NCBI GenBank assembly: GCA_024626585.2
Contig: JANKJI020000002.1
Coordinates: forward strand, 271,325,561 to 271,347,452
Source: Ginkgo biloba
Taxonomy: Eukaryota > Plantae > Ginkgophyta
Direction of reading: 5' to 3'
Length of the DNA: 21,892 nt
Position 1 is the first letter of the stretch. Every line of letters begins with the position of its first letter. Below the pieces are notes generated by a model. The model searched no databases. It saw only the letters and a list, made by a program, of their open reading frames with translations, and had not been told where the DNA came from. Positions 11,237 through 21,892 of the stretch are shown here, in pieces. Made by a program: the position numbers and the translations under genes.

Positions 11237-11377
11237 GTAATACTAATACCCATGTTCTTTAGGCTACTTCTGATCCTCAAGGAAGATCAAAACATCGACT
11301 CAAATGGGCTACATTTGATGCCAAATTAAATGTTTATTCCTGCAATCTCATGTATGGTTATTCTTGCATTGTTACAG
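11237..11377 (+). other. 141-nt GT-AG spliceosomal intron (phase 1)
   Basis: GTAATA...TTACAG; removing it restores the conserved protein motif. Confidence 0.92.
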
Positions 11378-11406
11378 ATGAGGAGACAGGCTGGTACGAT
11401 GGAGAG
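11378..11406 (+). CDS. ycf36: 29-nt exon of the ycf36-like gene (YEETGWYDGE)
   Basis: TTACAG acceptor and GTATGT donor at 11407. Splicing restores SATVE-YEETGWYDG, the DUF1230 signature. Confidence 0.92.
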
Positions 11407-11972
11407 GTATGTATTGGGAAAGGATTAGCAGCAATTATCGTTTTTCAGTTGAAAGCAATTTCATTGATTTAAATAAAGTTACAATTTTTTTTATTTCTTG
11501 CTCTTGGTTCTGCTTTGCCAACTGCGGCCCTGTTCTCTAATCTGTGACTTGGGAGAATAGAATTATTTTCCAAGTTCATAGTACTCGTGTTCGGTCTTGA
11601 CTAAAGCAAGTCTATATGTATTACTTCAAAGCTTAATTATGGACATGGATGGTTCTTCTTGCTCGGAGATAAAGGTAGTTTTAAGAGAGTTTTCCATAGA
11701 GAATAAGAAGGAAAACCAAATTTACAGTAGTTTTTTTTAAATNNNNNNNNNNNNNNNNNNNNNNNNNNNNNNNNNNNNNNNNNNNNNNNNNNNNNNNNNN
11801 NNNNNNNNNNNNNNNNNNNNNNNNNNNNNNNNNNNNNNNNNNNNNNNNNNNNNNNNNNNNNNNNNNNNNNNNNNNNNNNNNNNNNNNNNNNNNNNNNNNN
11901 NNNNNNNNNNNNNNNNNNNNNNNNNNNNNNNNNNNNNNNNNNNNNNNNNNNNNNNNNNNNNNNNNNNNNNNN

Positions 11973-12950
11973 NTAAGTCGTTTCAAGTTTTGGGACTCAG
12001 GATCCTGTGCTGTTGCCTATCCATCATCCAGTGCCTGCATATGGGGGTCTTGATTGCTAGAAATGGCCAGCTAGACAGTGGGGCACTTGTCATTATGCTC
12101 TTTTGAGGCGTCTATCACTTGTGCCAGGGCTTGGGTCTACTCCTGCCTTTGCTCTGCCTCCTGCTCCTGCTCTCCCTTGAGGCTCTGTTAGCATCTGGGC
12201 GCACCTCGTTGATCATGTAAGAGGCATTCCCCAGTGATCTATAAGCTCTATCAAGTGTGCCACCTCTGTTTGTAATTTGTGTGCTTGGAGGAGAATCTGC
12301 AGGGAACAATTGGCCAAAACAAAGGTACAGTCACACTTGGAACTTATACAAGCAGGTGGCTTTTGACCAAACACCACAGCATTTCTGCATTTCCAACTTA
12401 AGGAAAGACATTCCACTTTTAAAAATGGCAGACAATTTGGAACTAAGAGATAAGTGGCCCAAATCACCGAGGAGAGTAGAGACAACTAAAATTATAGCAA
12501 AAGACAGGTTGAGTAAAGATTTGCACCATTCCAAACTCTCTTGGTCCAAGGGCACCATCGGAGAAGGTGCATTATGCTATCCTGCCCATCTGTTTTAATC
12601 TAGATCTGGTGGTTAGAGTACAATGTATGATAGACGACACCAGGAAGGCTTTCTTGGGCTCGGTAGGTTCTTTCCATAGTCTCTGAAACATTCACTACAA
12701 GAGGAAGGCAGAGCTTTACATAGTGCAGTATCTGCTCAGCCTTTTAGTGATCCCCTCTTTGACTATCACGAGAGAGTAAACATGGGAGGTGCCATAGTTC
12801 ATGATGTTCCTGGAAACGTTCTGTGCCCAAATCCTTCCAACATTTTTTGGGGGTTTGGATCCAAGTTTGTGGAGGAGGGAGTCAGGAAATATCTTGATAA
12901 CTCTATCCAGAATAATCATCATTGACTAGCTTATACTTATTCTTGAATGT
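11973..12950 (-). mobile_element. L1-type LINE ORF2 3' fragment (zf-RVT region), copy 1
   Basis: Minus translation RLWKEPTEPKKAFL..IIH.TL.TRSRL, DSIMHLLRWCPWTKRVW, SWKCRNAVVFG. Confidence 0.8.
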
Positions 12951-13023
12951 TGCCTACTTTATCCAACTCTCAACTTTCGGTGAATATATATTTATAAGAC
13001 AGTATGCGATGGTTTTAGAACCA

Positions 13024-13395
13024 GGATTCCATAGCTATTAGTTAAATGAAAAACAACCTGAAAGGAAGAAACAAATGAAATGATCCAAACACATTTCTCT
13101 CCTTACAAAAAGCTTTTCAGTTGATCATCAAATGAGAAATTGTTACAGTGTGAGTTGTCAGATTGTCCAAGTCATGATAAAGTTGCCTTTTCAACTTAAG
13201 GTTGCATGTTATTAATTGTATGCTATCTTTCATGATTTACTTATAAGATATTTGGAGAGAATTTTAACAAAAGGATTCCATGGATGTCAACTAAATGAGA
13301 AATAGCATTGTGAAGGAAGAAACAAATGAAACGATTTTGCTTCTTACAAAAATGCCATTAGTGGATGATCAAATGAAAGGATTCCATGGGTGGAC
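13024..13395. repeat. Degenerate local direct repeat (~115 bp, two copies ~250 bp apart)
   Basis: GGATTCCAT...AAGGAAGAAACAAATGAAA...CTTACAAAAA...GAT(C/G)ATCAAATGA at 13024-13140 and 13273-13380. Confidence 0.7.
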
Positions 13396-13489
13396 CTTAT
13401 TGAGATACCAATCAACCATCAAATGAAGAGTATCTATTTCAATCGTATGAAATGCTTAGAAACTCTACGAAACAAACTTTGAATTGTAA

Positions 13490-14620
13490 GTCTTTTAACA
13501 TTTTAGGGCTCAGGATCCTGTGTTGCTGCACATCCATCATCCTGCACCTGCTTCTTGGGGTCATGGGTGCTAGAAATGGTCAGCTAGAAAGTGGGGCACT
13601 TATAATTTTATTCGAGGGGTCCATTTCTTGTTCCAGGTCTTGGATCTGCTTCTGCCCTTGCTCTCCCTAGAGACTATCCCTCATGATCATGTGTTGCTGC
13701 CCATCCATCATCCTGCACTTGCTTATTGGGGTTGTGGGTATTAGAAATGGTCAGTGTCATATATCCGACCTTAAGCATGCAACTTTGGTTAGTACNNNNN
13801 NNNNNNNNNNNNNNNNNNNNNNNNNNNNNNNNNNNNNNNNNNNNNNNNNNNNNNNNNNNNNNNNNNNNNNNNNNNNNNNNNNNNNNNNNNNNNNNACATT
13901 GGCATGCTAACCTTGCTACAATAAACGTACCAGAAGTAGTCAACACTTGCGTTTTCGAGTAAAGGCAAGGCATTCCACTCTTAAAATGCCAGGCATTTTG
14001 GAAGTAAAAGATAAGGCGCACAAACCATCAATGAGGGTAGAGGCCTCACAATAACTATAGCAAAAGACAGTTTGAGTAACAAAATTGCTGCCTTTTCCAA
14101 ACACTCTTGGCCCAAGGGGACTGCTAGTTCCTTGCCCATCTTTTTTCAATCTAGATTTGTTGGCTAGAGCATGTTGCACAACAGACTATGCCAGGAAGGC
14201 ATTCTTGAGCTCAATAGGTGCTTTCCAAACTCTTTGGGATGTTGCGTGTGAAAGGAAGGGGGAGCTTTACCTAGCCCAATTTGTGTTCAGCCTTTTAGTG
14301 GTCCCATCTTCCGTTATCACGAGAGAGTAAACATTGGAGGTGTAGTACTTCATGAACTTCTTGGGTTATTCAACCCTTCCACCATTTTTGGGGGTCACAG
14401 CCCCAAGTTTGTGGAGTAGGGGTTCAAGAGACTTATTGATAAATCTATCTAGAAATAATTTGTTGGCGATAAGTAGCTTGCACTTATTCTCCAATTTTGA
14501 TTTCGAGGGAATATGGGTCAAAGAAAACTGAGATTTCCTTCTTGTAATATCTGAGGCAATTGAACTGTTTGCTAAAAGTAAAAACAAACCTTTGCTAGTT
14601 AACAACTCTTGTGTTGCATG
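13490..14620 (-). mobile_element. L1-type LINE ORF2 3' fragment, copy 2 of the same family
   Basis: Colinear with copy 1 (13505-13690 vs 11995-12190; 13900-14495 vs 12300-12945); RVWKAPIELKNAFL..VQHAL..KSRL..PWAKSVW. Confidence 0.8.
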
Positions 14621-15479
14621 CTTTTGAATGAGATAATGCACATCCATGTCCTCAAACTCGCTCAATTACTCTTGTGGACAACAAATGTAACATAGGNNNN
14701 NNNNNNNNNNNNNNNNNNNNNNCATCAATTAAAAATTTTAACAATTTCTCATAGCAAATAGTTAAAATAGATTGATGTAATTCTTTCATTGTAACACCTC
14801 CTATTACAAGATAGTACAATATGAACATCTAGTTGGTTAGAATATATTCGGTGATTGATATGCCACAATGACAACACACATATATACAAATTGTTAAAAC
14901 ATGAAGCTAGAATTGATTCAATCTCACTCAAACAAAGAACTCAACACCANNNNNNNNNNNNNNNNNNNNNNNNNNNNNNNNNNNNNNNNNNNNNNNNNNN
15001 NNNNNNNNNNNNNNNNNNNNNNNNNNNNNNNNNNNNNNNNNNNNNNNNNTATGATGTATCTACCATATATTATATGTCCTATATGTTATTTAAACCACTT
15101 CATACCCTAGGTTTGGGCATGGTCCTCTATGTTTACTATTGTAAAGAATACTTTTTTGAGGTCTATTATTGTTTGCATGTTAAGAAAGACTATTTCTAAT
15201 TTGATGGAAATTTTTGATGGTTTGGTTTTCTCATTGCATCAATATTGTGATAGCTAGGACTATAAATTATATGTTATTCCTATTGTCATAGGTTGATATA
15301 GTGATGATTTTTAATCTTGTGGAAAAGGTGTAATTTTTCTAATAGTTGGACTATATATGGTGTTGTTTACTTTTCTAACTTGACTCTTTATTTCCTTGGC
15401 ATCATGCTCTAATATAGCCATCCTTTCAACTACCATTTTTTTTCATTGAGTTGTGTGTCGAGCTCAACAAAATGAACTT

Positions 15480-16630
15480 GCAACTTATCCTTGTCCTTCC
15501 TACTACTTCTTGAGCATCTTCAGCCTTGGCGGCCTTGAATATAAGGTCAAACTTTTTTTTTTTTCTTTTTTTTGTCCTGATCCTCCTATAATGTTCAAAT
15601 TCCCACCCTAGGAATAATTTTTTCCAACCTTTTTGTTATTTTGTACTTGTCATTGTCCACAAACTGGGTGTGAGAAAATAATTGTCAATCAATATAAACT
15701 AACCTTACATCAATATACCTAGAGTGAACTGAATTTTTGCTTCTATTGCTTCTAGTTTGGCTTTTGCCTGCCTTACTTAAATTGTCACCCCTCAGCCAAG
15801 CTCTTTGACTTCTGCCATGAGATTGTGAACCAATACATGAATGATGTTTGCCTTAAAGGTGGGTTTCAAATCATGTGAATTTGCATTCCAACTAGTCCTT
15901 CAAATATGGGCAATTGGTCCTCCTATTTTAGTGAAATCAGAGTCGTGGGGATTTGCTCCTCCCATGTTTGCTCTTTGGTGGCAGTCGGTTCTTTTATGGA
16001 AGACTGACCATGGTCTATAAGGTGGGGGCCACTTTCACGAGGCGAAGTTTGTGTTCCTTTGTCTTTGGTACACTCCCATGGTGTAGGAGTAGCCAAAATT
16101 ATTGATAAGTAGGAAAAGATGGTGATATTTTCCAATTGTGGCAGTATAGTTTCAACCCCAATTGTATATGTTTTTGGTTGTTTGGTAGGTTTCTCTAAAG
16201 TAACCTACCCAAATGTTGTACCTCCCGTTATAGAATCCATATTGGGTGATTCGATGGATTCTTTGATTTTTGTTGTTGCCATCCAATATGCAACCACTAT
16301 AATACCTTTCCTATCTCTTGGTTGAAGACCAAGCATTTTCCAATAAAATGTTTCTACGAGAATACCTTGTTACCCTTCTTACTAATGAGGAAAATTCAAG
16401 GCATTTGCTTTCTATTAGCATATCTATTATTGGACTTTGAACTATTAACAATTTGAGGAAGATTGTTGGCATGGAGGAGGAAGAATGAGATGCCTCTACG
16501 ATTCAACTTCTTTGACATAAAGACTCTAATTGAACCGCTTACCATCTAAGACTTGTTGGATCATTGTGCAAACTAGGGTTGGGATGTGTGAACTCTTTTG
16601 ATTGCCCAAATTTGTGTTGTAATTAACAAC
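15480..16630 (-). mobile_element. Highly degenerate gag/protease-like retroelement fragments
   Basis: Codon-like minus-strand sequence with an LPIFEG motif at ~15895-15915; weak similarity only. Confidence 0.35.
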
Positions 16631-16799
16631 ATGGCTCATATCAAGTTTNNNNNNNNNNNNNNNNNNNNNNNNNNNNNNNNNNNNNNNNNNNNNNNNNNNN
16701 NNNNNNNNNNNNNNNNNNNNNNNNNNNNNNNNNNNNNNNNNNNNNNNNCCTTAACCCTTTGAATAGTCATAGGACTCACAACATTAAGTCGTGATCCTA

Positions 16800-17317
16800 T
16801 TTAGAATAAATATGACATGTAAACATTACAGAATAATATTTAATTCTAACAATATGATTGTTGGAACTTTGTGTTCTACTATAAATCATTGCAAGATGTC
16901 ACAATCCATTTTATATATTACACCTTTAAGTTGGTACGGTTCAAATCGACATGCGAGTTTATCATGTTTGGTCTTATTGAGTTGTAGTATATTTTGTCCT
17001 TTGGTAAGGTATTTAGCAATGCCATTGTACTAGCTTGGTACATTCATAACTTGGAATAATTTGGTATTTGGGAATTCATCATAGATGGCAATGGTTTGTT
17101 CACCCATCCTCATTCAACTAATTAATTAGAAATGTTGTGACCAACTTCTAGTTTGACAATAATGGTTAAATTGAGTTCTTGAAATAGTATTAAACAATGG
17201 TGGATTCATCCTTGTAAGATTAGTTTGTTGATTAGGTACATCAATGTGTGATGTTTGACGTAAAAGTGAGTGTTTGGCCAATCGGTAATGGTGAAACTTC
17301 TACATGGCATAAACCAT
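16800..17317 (-). pseudogene. Gypsy RNase H C-terminus to integrase N-terminus fragment
   Basis: MVYAM*KFHHY, LMYLINKLILQG, LILFQELNLTIIVKL, DEFPNTKLF, IAKYL, IYKMD.DIL. Confidence 0.85.
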
Positions 17318-18855
17318 TGTTACAGGCTAATTAGATCAAGCTAATTTGGACTTAAGGAAGGTAAAAGCTAAATAAATAAGTGAGGAAGCCTGTAAATGGG
17401 CCCTACAACTACTTGCGGCATTGCCAACGACATCGTTGACTAAACAAAGGGAAAAAATACTAAATAGTATTTCAAGATCCTGGAGTTAGGCGTCTCTAAT
17501 CAGGAAGTAACATGTGGCAAAGTACCATGGGTTGGTGTTTGGGAGCTAGAGCGGTCCTAACCAACCCATGCAAGGAGTCAGAATGCTAAGTTTTTATAAC
17601 CAACCCATGGAAGGAGATAGAATGCTTAGTTTTGTTATATATTGAAGGCCAAGGTCTACCTTGGCAACTTTTAGGCTTTTAAAAAAAATCAAATCAAAGT
17701 CCATAGCGGTTTCTTTTTGGATTGAAGGACACATCATAAGGCTAATGTTGGGATTGTAAAAGAAAGATAGTGTATTTCCTAGTAGGGAGTTACACATTGC
17801 CACTGTAACCAACTTCGTTATTGCCTTAGAAATCGAAAGAAACCTTAGAAGAGTGACGCAGGCCTTTTAGGAGTGGAGTGCCCTCCCTAGAAGGTTGTTT
17901 TGGCACTAGTTTAGTGGTTGATTTCCAATTGCAGGGTCATCTACTAAAGATTCCAACTTGTTGCATACACGGATGTCTCACAACTTGAGAGTTTCACTAG
18001 GTAAGTCGACCCTAAAACTGTAAGTACATGAGAAACCCTACTGCTTAGCATTCTTTTAGTTGTAATGAATAATTTTAGATCTAATTTTTCATGTTAAATG
18101 CATAAAAAGAATGCTTGGGATAGGGCGTCTCTTGATGGGTTCTTCCCAAGGGTCTTCCCTTTGATTCATGGCTAACTGTCATTGAAATGCATGTTNNNNN
18201 NNNNNNNNNNNNNNNNNNNNNNNNNNNNNNNNNNNNNNNNNNNNNNNGAGGAGCGATGGAAGTCCATTGGGAGAATTATGTCATTTATTTTTTATTCTTT
18301 TATGGCCTATGGTTTGTAAGCTAGCAAAATGGGTTGAGAGGATACACAATATTATTTATGGATGTTGTGTTGAAAGGATACCCACCAAAGTGTTAGCCAT
18401 TGGTACCATAAACTAACATAAATGGGTTGAAAAGATACTTGCAACTAAGGAAGCATCAATGAACATAAATAAATTTTGCTAGCCAAGAATGGGGCCTTGC
18501 TAGGTCTTATGGCAGGAAGGTATCCAATGCAAAAGAGAGTTTGAAATAATACTTAAGGCCTTGCATTGTTATTGATGTTGGGTGAAAGGGTGAGGTCTAA
18601 CATAGCAGGCATAGCTGCTAGGTGGTGGTGGTTGCACAAGGATGCAACTAGAGGGGTGGTCAGCATACAATAATCCCTTAAGGTCATCTCCAAGGGCCAT
18701 AACAAATGTTGCACCATTATGCCACTTTGCTATAAACTAGTAGCCCTACTTGTGTATCTTTGTATGTGTATGATCATATTAGAAAACCTAATGCTTTAAT
18801 ATGTGCTTGTTGAGCATGGTTGTCTTGTAGTTACAAATAGTTGGGGCTATTATAG

Positions 18856-18867
18856 TGGTATTAAAGC
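18856..18867 (+). promoter_or_regulatory. Degenerate tRNA-iMet PBS (copy 1)
   Basis: TGGTATTAAAGC after GGGGCTATTATA (eroded ...ATTACA LTR end). Confidence 0.7.
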
Positions 18868-18868
18868 G

Positions 18869-18886
18869 GTGTGTGTGTGTGTGTGT
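18869..18886 (+). repeat. (GT)9 microsatellite
   Basis: Read directly from the sequence. Confidence 0.95.
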
Positions 18887-19363
18887 GGAGATTAATCTCA
18901 CGTTAAAGCCATGGAGTTAGTAATTTTGAAAATGAAGGAAAGCATGGATGATCATTTGAAATGAATTGAAGGGAAACAATAAAGAGTTGAGAAATTTGTT
19001 CTCATGTATGAGCGAGAAAAGAAAGTAGAAGAACTAGATCCATCTANNNNNNNNNNNNNNNNNNNNNNNNNNNNNNNNNNNNNNNNNNNNNNNNNNNNNN
19101 NNNNNNNNNNNNNNNNNNNNNNNNNNNNNNNNNNNNNNNNNNNNNNAATGCAACCGGAGGTTTGGTTGCCAATGCAATGAACCCTTAAGGTCATCCAGAA
19201 GGCCAACAATGGACATTGTTAGTCTCATGTCACTACCATTTAGACTAGCATCCCTATCTATGTGCCTTTCTATATGTGAGAGATTATAGTATATACTTCA
19301 ATGCTTTAACATGTGTGGTTGAGCATGCTTGTCTTGCACATACAAATAGTGGAGTTGTTATAG

Positions 19364-19375
19364 TGGTATCAAAGT
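19364..19375 (+). promoter_or_regulatory. Degenerate tRNA-iMet PBS (copy 2)
   Basis: TGGTATCAAAGT after GTTGTTATA; gag follows. Confidence 0.75.
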
Positions 19376-19562
19376 GGAGAGGATATTTATCCTACGCTAA
19401 AGCAAAAGAATTTGAGATTTTGAAGATGTTAGCCAGTCTAGAGGAGCACATGAAGAGAATTGCAGATCAACAACAAAGGATAGAGAAACTCGTCCTTACT
19501 TACAAGAAAAAGAGTGAAACAACAGCTGCCCAAGGACCAATGTTGCGATGATCAAGAAGAGG

Positions 19563-19602
19563 GACACCTAGTAGAATCCCACGACACCTAGTAGAATCCC
19601 AC
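19563..19602 (+). repeat. Perfect 20-bp tandem duplication
   Basis: GACACCTAGTAGAATCCCAC x2. Confidence 0.95.
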
Positions 19603-19699
19603 AAGGAAGAGATGCAAAGTGCATAAGAAGATTTCCAAGAAGAGGAATCGAGGCATAAGAGGGCCAGAAGAGAATGGAAGCTACTTAAAAATGATAAGC

Positions 19700-20445
19700 A
19701 ATTGAAGAATGTGTGTAGATGCCAGAGTTTGTTGGAAAAGGAGCAAGGTCCTCATTCCAATCATGGATAAGTACTGTGGAAAACTAGTTTAGATCTTTCA
19801 ATATATTCGACGCAAATAAGGTGATCATGGTGACTTTTTTCTCAAGGGGCTAGAGTGAGAGTGGTGGAATGGCATACAAATGGAGATAGAAGACGGGATG
19901 CGACTACCAATTGAAACCTGGAAGGATATGAAAGCAACAATGTTCAAAAGTATGTACCACAAAATAACATGCAGGATGCCTCTGGTCAAGTTATAAGCTT
20001 GAAGTAGATTGGTTTACTCCAAGAGTTCAATAATAGGTTGGACGCTCTATTTGCATGTTTGTGTGATTTGCGTATGAGATATACGGTAAACCATTTTGTA
20101 TACATATTGAAACCCCATATCAGGCAAGGAGTGGCGTTCACGAGACCTACTACCATGGAAGATGCAATCAATAGTGCCTTACATATTGAAGTTGCACAGT
20201 CAAAGGATCTAGAATTCAAGAAACCCTTCTAACAAAAGAGGGACTTACCTAAGTTAAAGGAGCCGTATCACGAGCTTGGTAAGAAACCATCGTTTCAAAA
20301 GTATTTCCAAAAGCATCCATTGCAAAATAGAGGGAAGGAGGAGAAGGGGAGAGGGGAGAAAACTCCTCAACATTATGCCAAAAAGAGGCTGCCCATGAAG
20401 TGTTTTGAATATGGGGGGGACCATTCGAAGAGGCCTTGCCTTCAT
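19700..20445 (+). pseudogene. gag (retrotransposon gag domain plus CCHC relic)
   Basis: Motifs as above; zinc-knuckle relic at ~20401-20439 with a C>Y change. Confidence 0.85.
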
Positions 20446-21097
20446 TGTAGTGATCATGTCAAGCAAGAGAATAGAGTGGAATCGGTGGTATGTGAGGAGA
20501 GGATTTCAAGAAAGATCTTCCTCAAAGAGTAAGAATAAGACCATTTGAAAGATTTTCTAATGTTAAATTGTTTGTCATGAAGGAGAAGATTAATAGTGTA
20601 GAAGCTACAATTTTGCAAGAAAATGGGTGTACACAAAATATTGTCTATGAGTTGCTCATAAGGCTAAGTTGCGGACACAAGAAGATTCTTATGCTTATGA
20701 ATTTGAATTGGGTGGTGGAGAATGAGTTCAAACTTGTGAAGAATTTGGTATTAAGATTCCCATTGCCAACTAAAGCTACAAAGACCATTTGGGTTTTGAT
20801 ATCATGAAGATTGGTAGGTATGATGCCATCTTGTGACAGAAATGGTTGTGGCAATAAGATATCCACATTCTTCTAAGAGACCATATTCTACATTTTCATA
20901 AAGGAAAGAAATCAAAGTTGTATGGGGATAAAAATTCTCATTAAATTCCCCTTATTTTGGTGGTGCAACTAAAGAGAGTTACAATAAGGACCAATAATCA
21001 ATGCTATGGTCTATTTGTCAAAGAAGCTTGAAATGAAGTAAAGGATAAAAAGGATATATAGGAAAAAAAATGAAACCACTCTTNNNNNNNNNNNNNN

Positions 21098-21477
21098 CTA
21101 TCCAAAGGATTACTAATTGAAAGAGAGGTGGATCATGAAATCCAACTTGAGGAAGGGGCTAGCCCTACTTAACAATTGCCTTATCAATTGAGTCGTGTAA
21201 AAAAAGAAGTGGAGAAGTAGATTCAAGAACTTTTAGAGCAGTAGTTCATTCAACCCTCTAAATCCAAGGATTGAGCTTTTGTTTTGTTGGTGAGAATGGA
21301 GGACGTTTTCATGTGCTTAATGTGTGGACTACAAAGCACTTAATAAGGTCACAATTAAGGATAAATATCCCCTTCCAAGGATGATGACCTCGTAGATACC
21401 ATCAAAGGTGCTATAGTATTTTCCAAAATTGACTTGAGCACTTATCATTAAGTCCTCATTTGCAAGGATGATGTGGA
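21098..21477 (+). pseudogene. Reverse transcriptase N-terminal half, truncated before YxDD
   Basis: EREVDHEIQL...FIQPSKS...CVDYKALNKVTIKDKYPLP...FSKIDL..YH*V.I.KDDVE, after which homology stops. Confidence 0.92.
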
Positions 21478-21590
21478 GGAGTAGACTATCTAGGCAACAG
21501 ATGGGAAGTCATCTACGGCTCTAGACAACAAAGTTGGAGTGATTTTCAGGTGTAGATGACTTCCCATTTGTTGCCTAGATAGTTTACTCC
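21478..21590. repeat. 39-bp inverted repeat with a 35-nt spacer (hairpin)
   Basis: 21478-21516 matches the reverse complement of 21552-21590 at 37/39 positions. Confidence 0.95.
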
Positions 21591-21892
21591 ATACGTTGGT
21601 GCGACAACCTCCTAATATCCTTCCTCACAAATAAACTTGGCATATGGAATCTCCTTAGTTGAGTTCTTTTCTCCTATCTTTGAAGTGTCACATTCATCAC
21701 TAAGGTTATAAGGATCTTCAACTGGAACCTCTTTCTCCTCACTACCCTCTTTTTCTATCTTCTCTTGTGTATCTTCATTCAACTCTAATTCTATTTTATC
21801 TCAAGTATTTATTGATTTAGGACCTTCTTCATCACCTTTAAATGCTGATTTAATTTACTATATATTATATTCATCTCTAATTTCCATTAGCT

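Larger units (their letters stand above)
17318..21477 (+). mobile_element. Chromovirus-type Ty3/Gypsy remnant(s): LTR, PBS, gag, zinc knuckle, protease, 5' half of RT
   Basis: TGTTAC start at the point where the minus-strand RNase H breaks off; LTR-end/PBS junctions at 18854 and 19362; gag MPEFVG..WWN..IETWKDMK..LKPHIR..RPTTMEDA; CFEYGGDHSKRPC; YDAIL*QKWL; RT DHEIQLEEG..PY..CVDYKALNKVTIKDKYPLPR..FSKIDL. Confidence 0.88.

Noticed and set aside
10639-11262. Single-exon 207-aa ORF with GTG start, as given in the ORF track
   Set aside because: The frame is open from the splice acceptor at 10612, and the CNTNTHVL tail is intron read-through.
11652-11676. GTTCTTCTTGCTCGGAGATAA as the missing VLARDRL exon
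   Set aside because: It reads VLLARR*, has no WVK upstream and no suitable acceptor.
14511-14532. IWVK as the next ycf36 exon
   Set aside because: No AG directly before it, a stop follows within three codons, and it lies inside the antisense LINE.
1075-19228. Numerous short ORFs containing X runs
   Set aside because: They are artefacts of translating through N gaps.
21503-21521. Resemblance to miR169 (GAGCCGTAGATGACTTCCC on the minus strand)
   Set aside because: Only about 14/19 matches to the recalled miR169 sequence, part of it lies in the loop, and the context is a TE junction.

Overview
AT-rich, gap-ridden scaffold from a land-plant nuclear genome. The TE families and intron sizes suggest a large-genome non-angiosperm such as a gymnosperm, fern or lycophyte (inference). 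Most of the window is old, nested, C>T/G>A-eroded retroelement debris. (i) A + strand Athila/Tat-like Ty3/Gypsy element (RT, RNase H, integrase, extra ORF, possible LTR) has its RT interrupted by a - strand CRM-like element with TGATG/CATCA LTR ends, a tRNA-iMet PBS and a perfect TAATG target-site duplication. (ii) Two - strand L1-type LINE 3' fragments follow the gene. (iii) A - strand Gypsy RNase H/integrase fragment is cut by a + strand chromovirus-type Gypsy (LTR, PBS, gag, protease, partial RT) that ends at a 39-bp inverted repeat. The only host gene is two internal exons (10612-11236, 11378-11406) of a ycf36/DUF1230 gene of the At5g11840 type. It carries an unexpected ~105-aa Ala/Gln/Glu-rich coiled-coil-like segment in frame in front of the conserved domain. 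No prokaryotic system, CRISPR array or RNA gene is supported.
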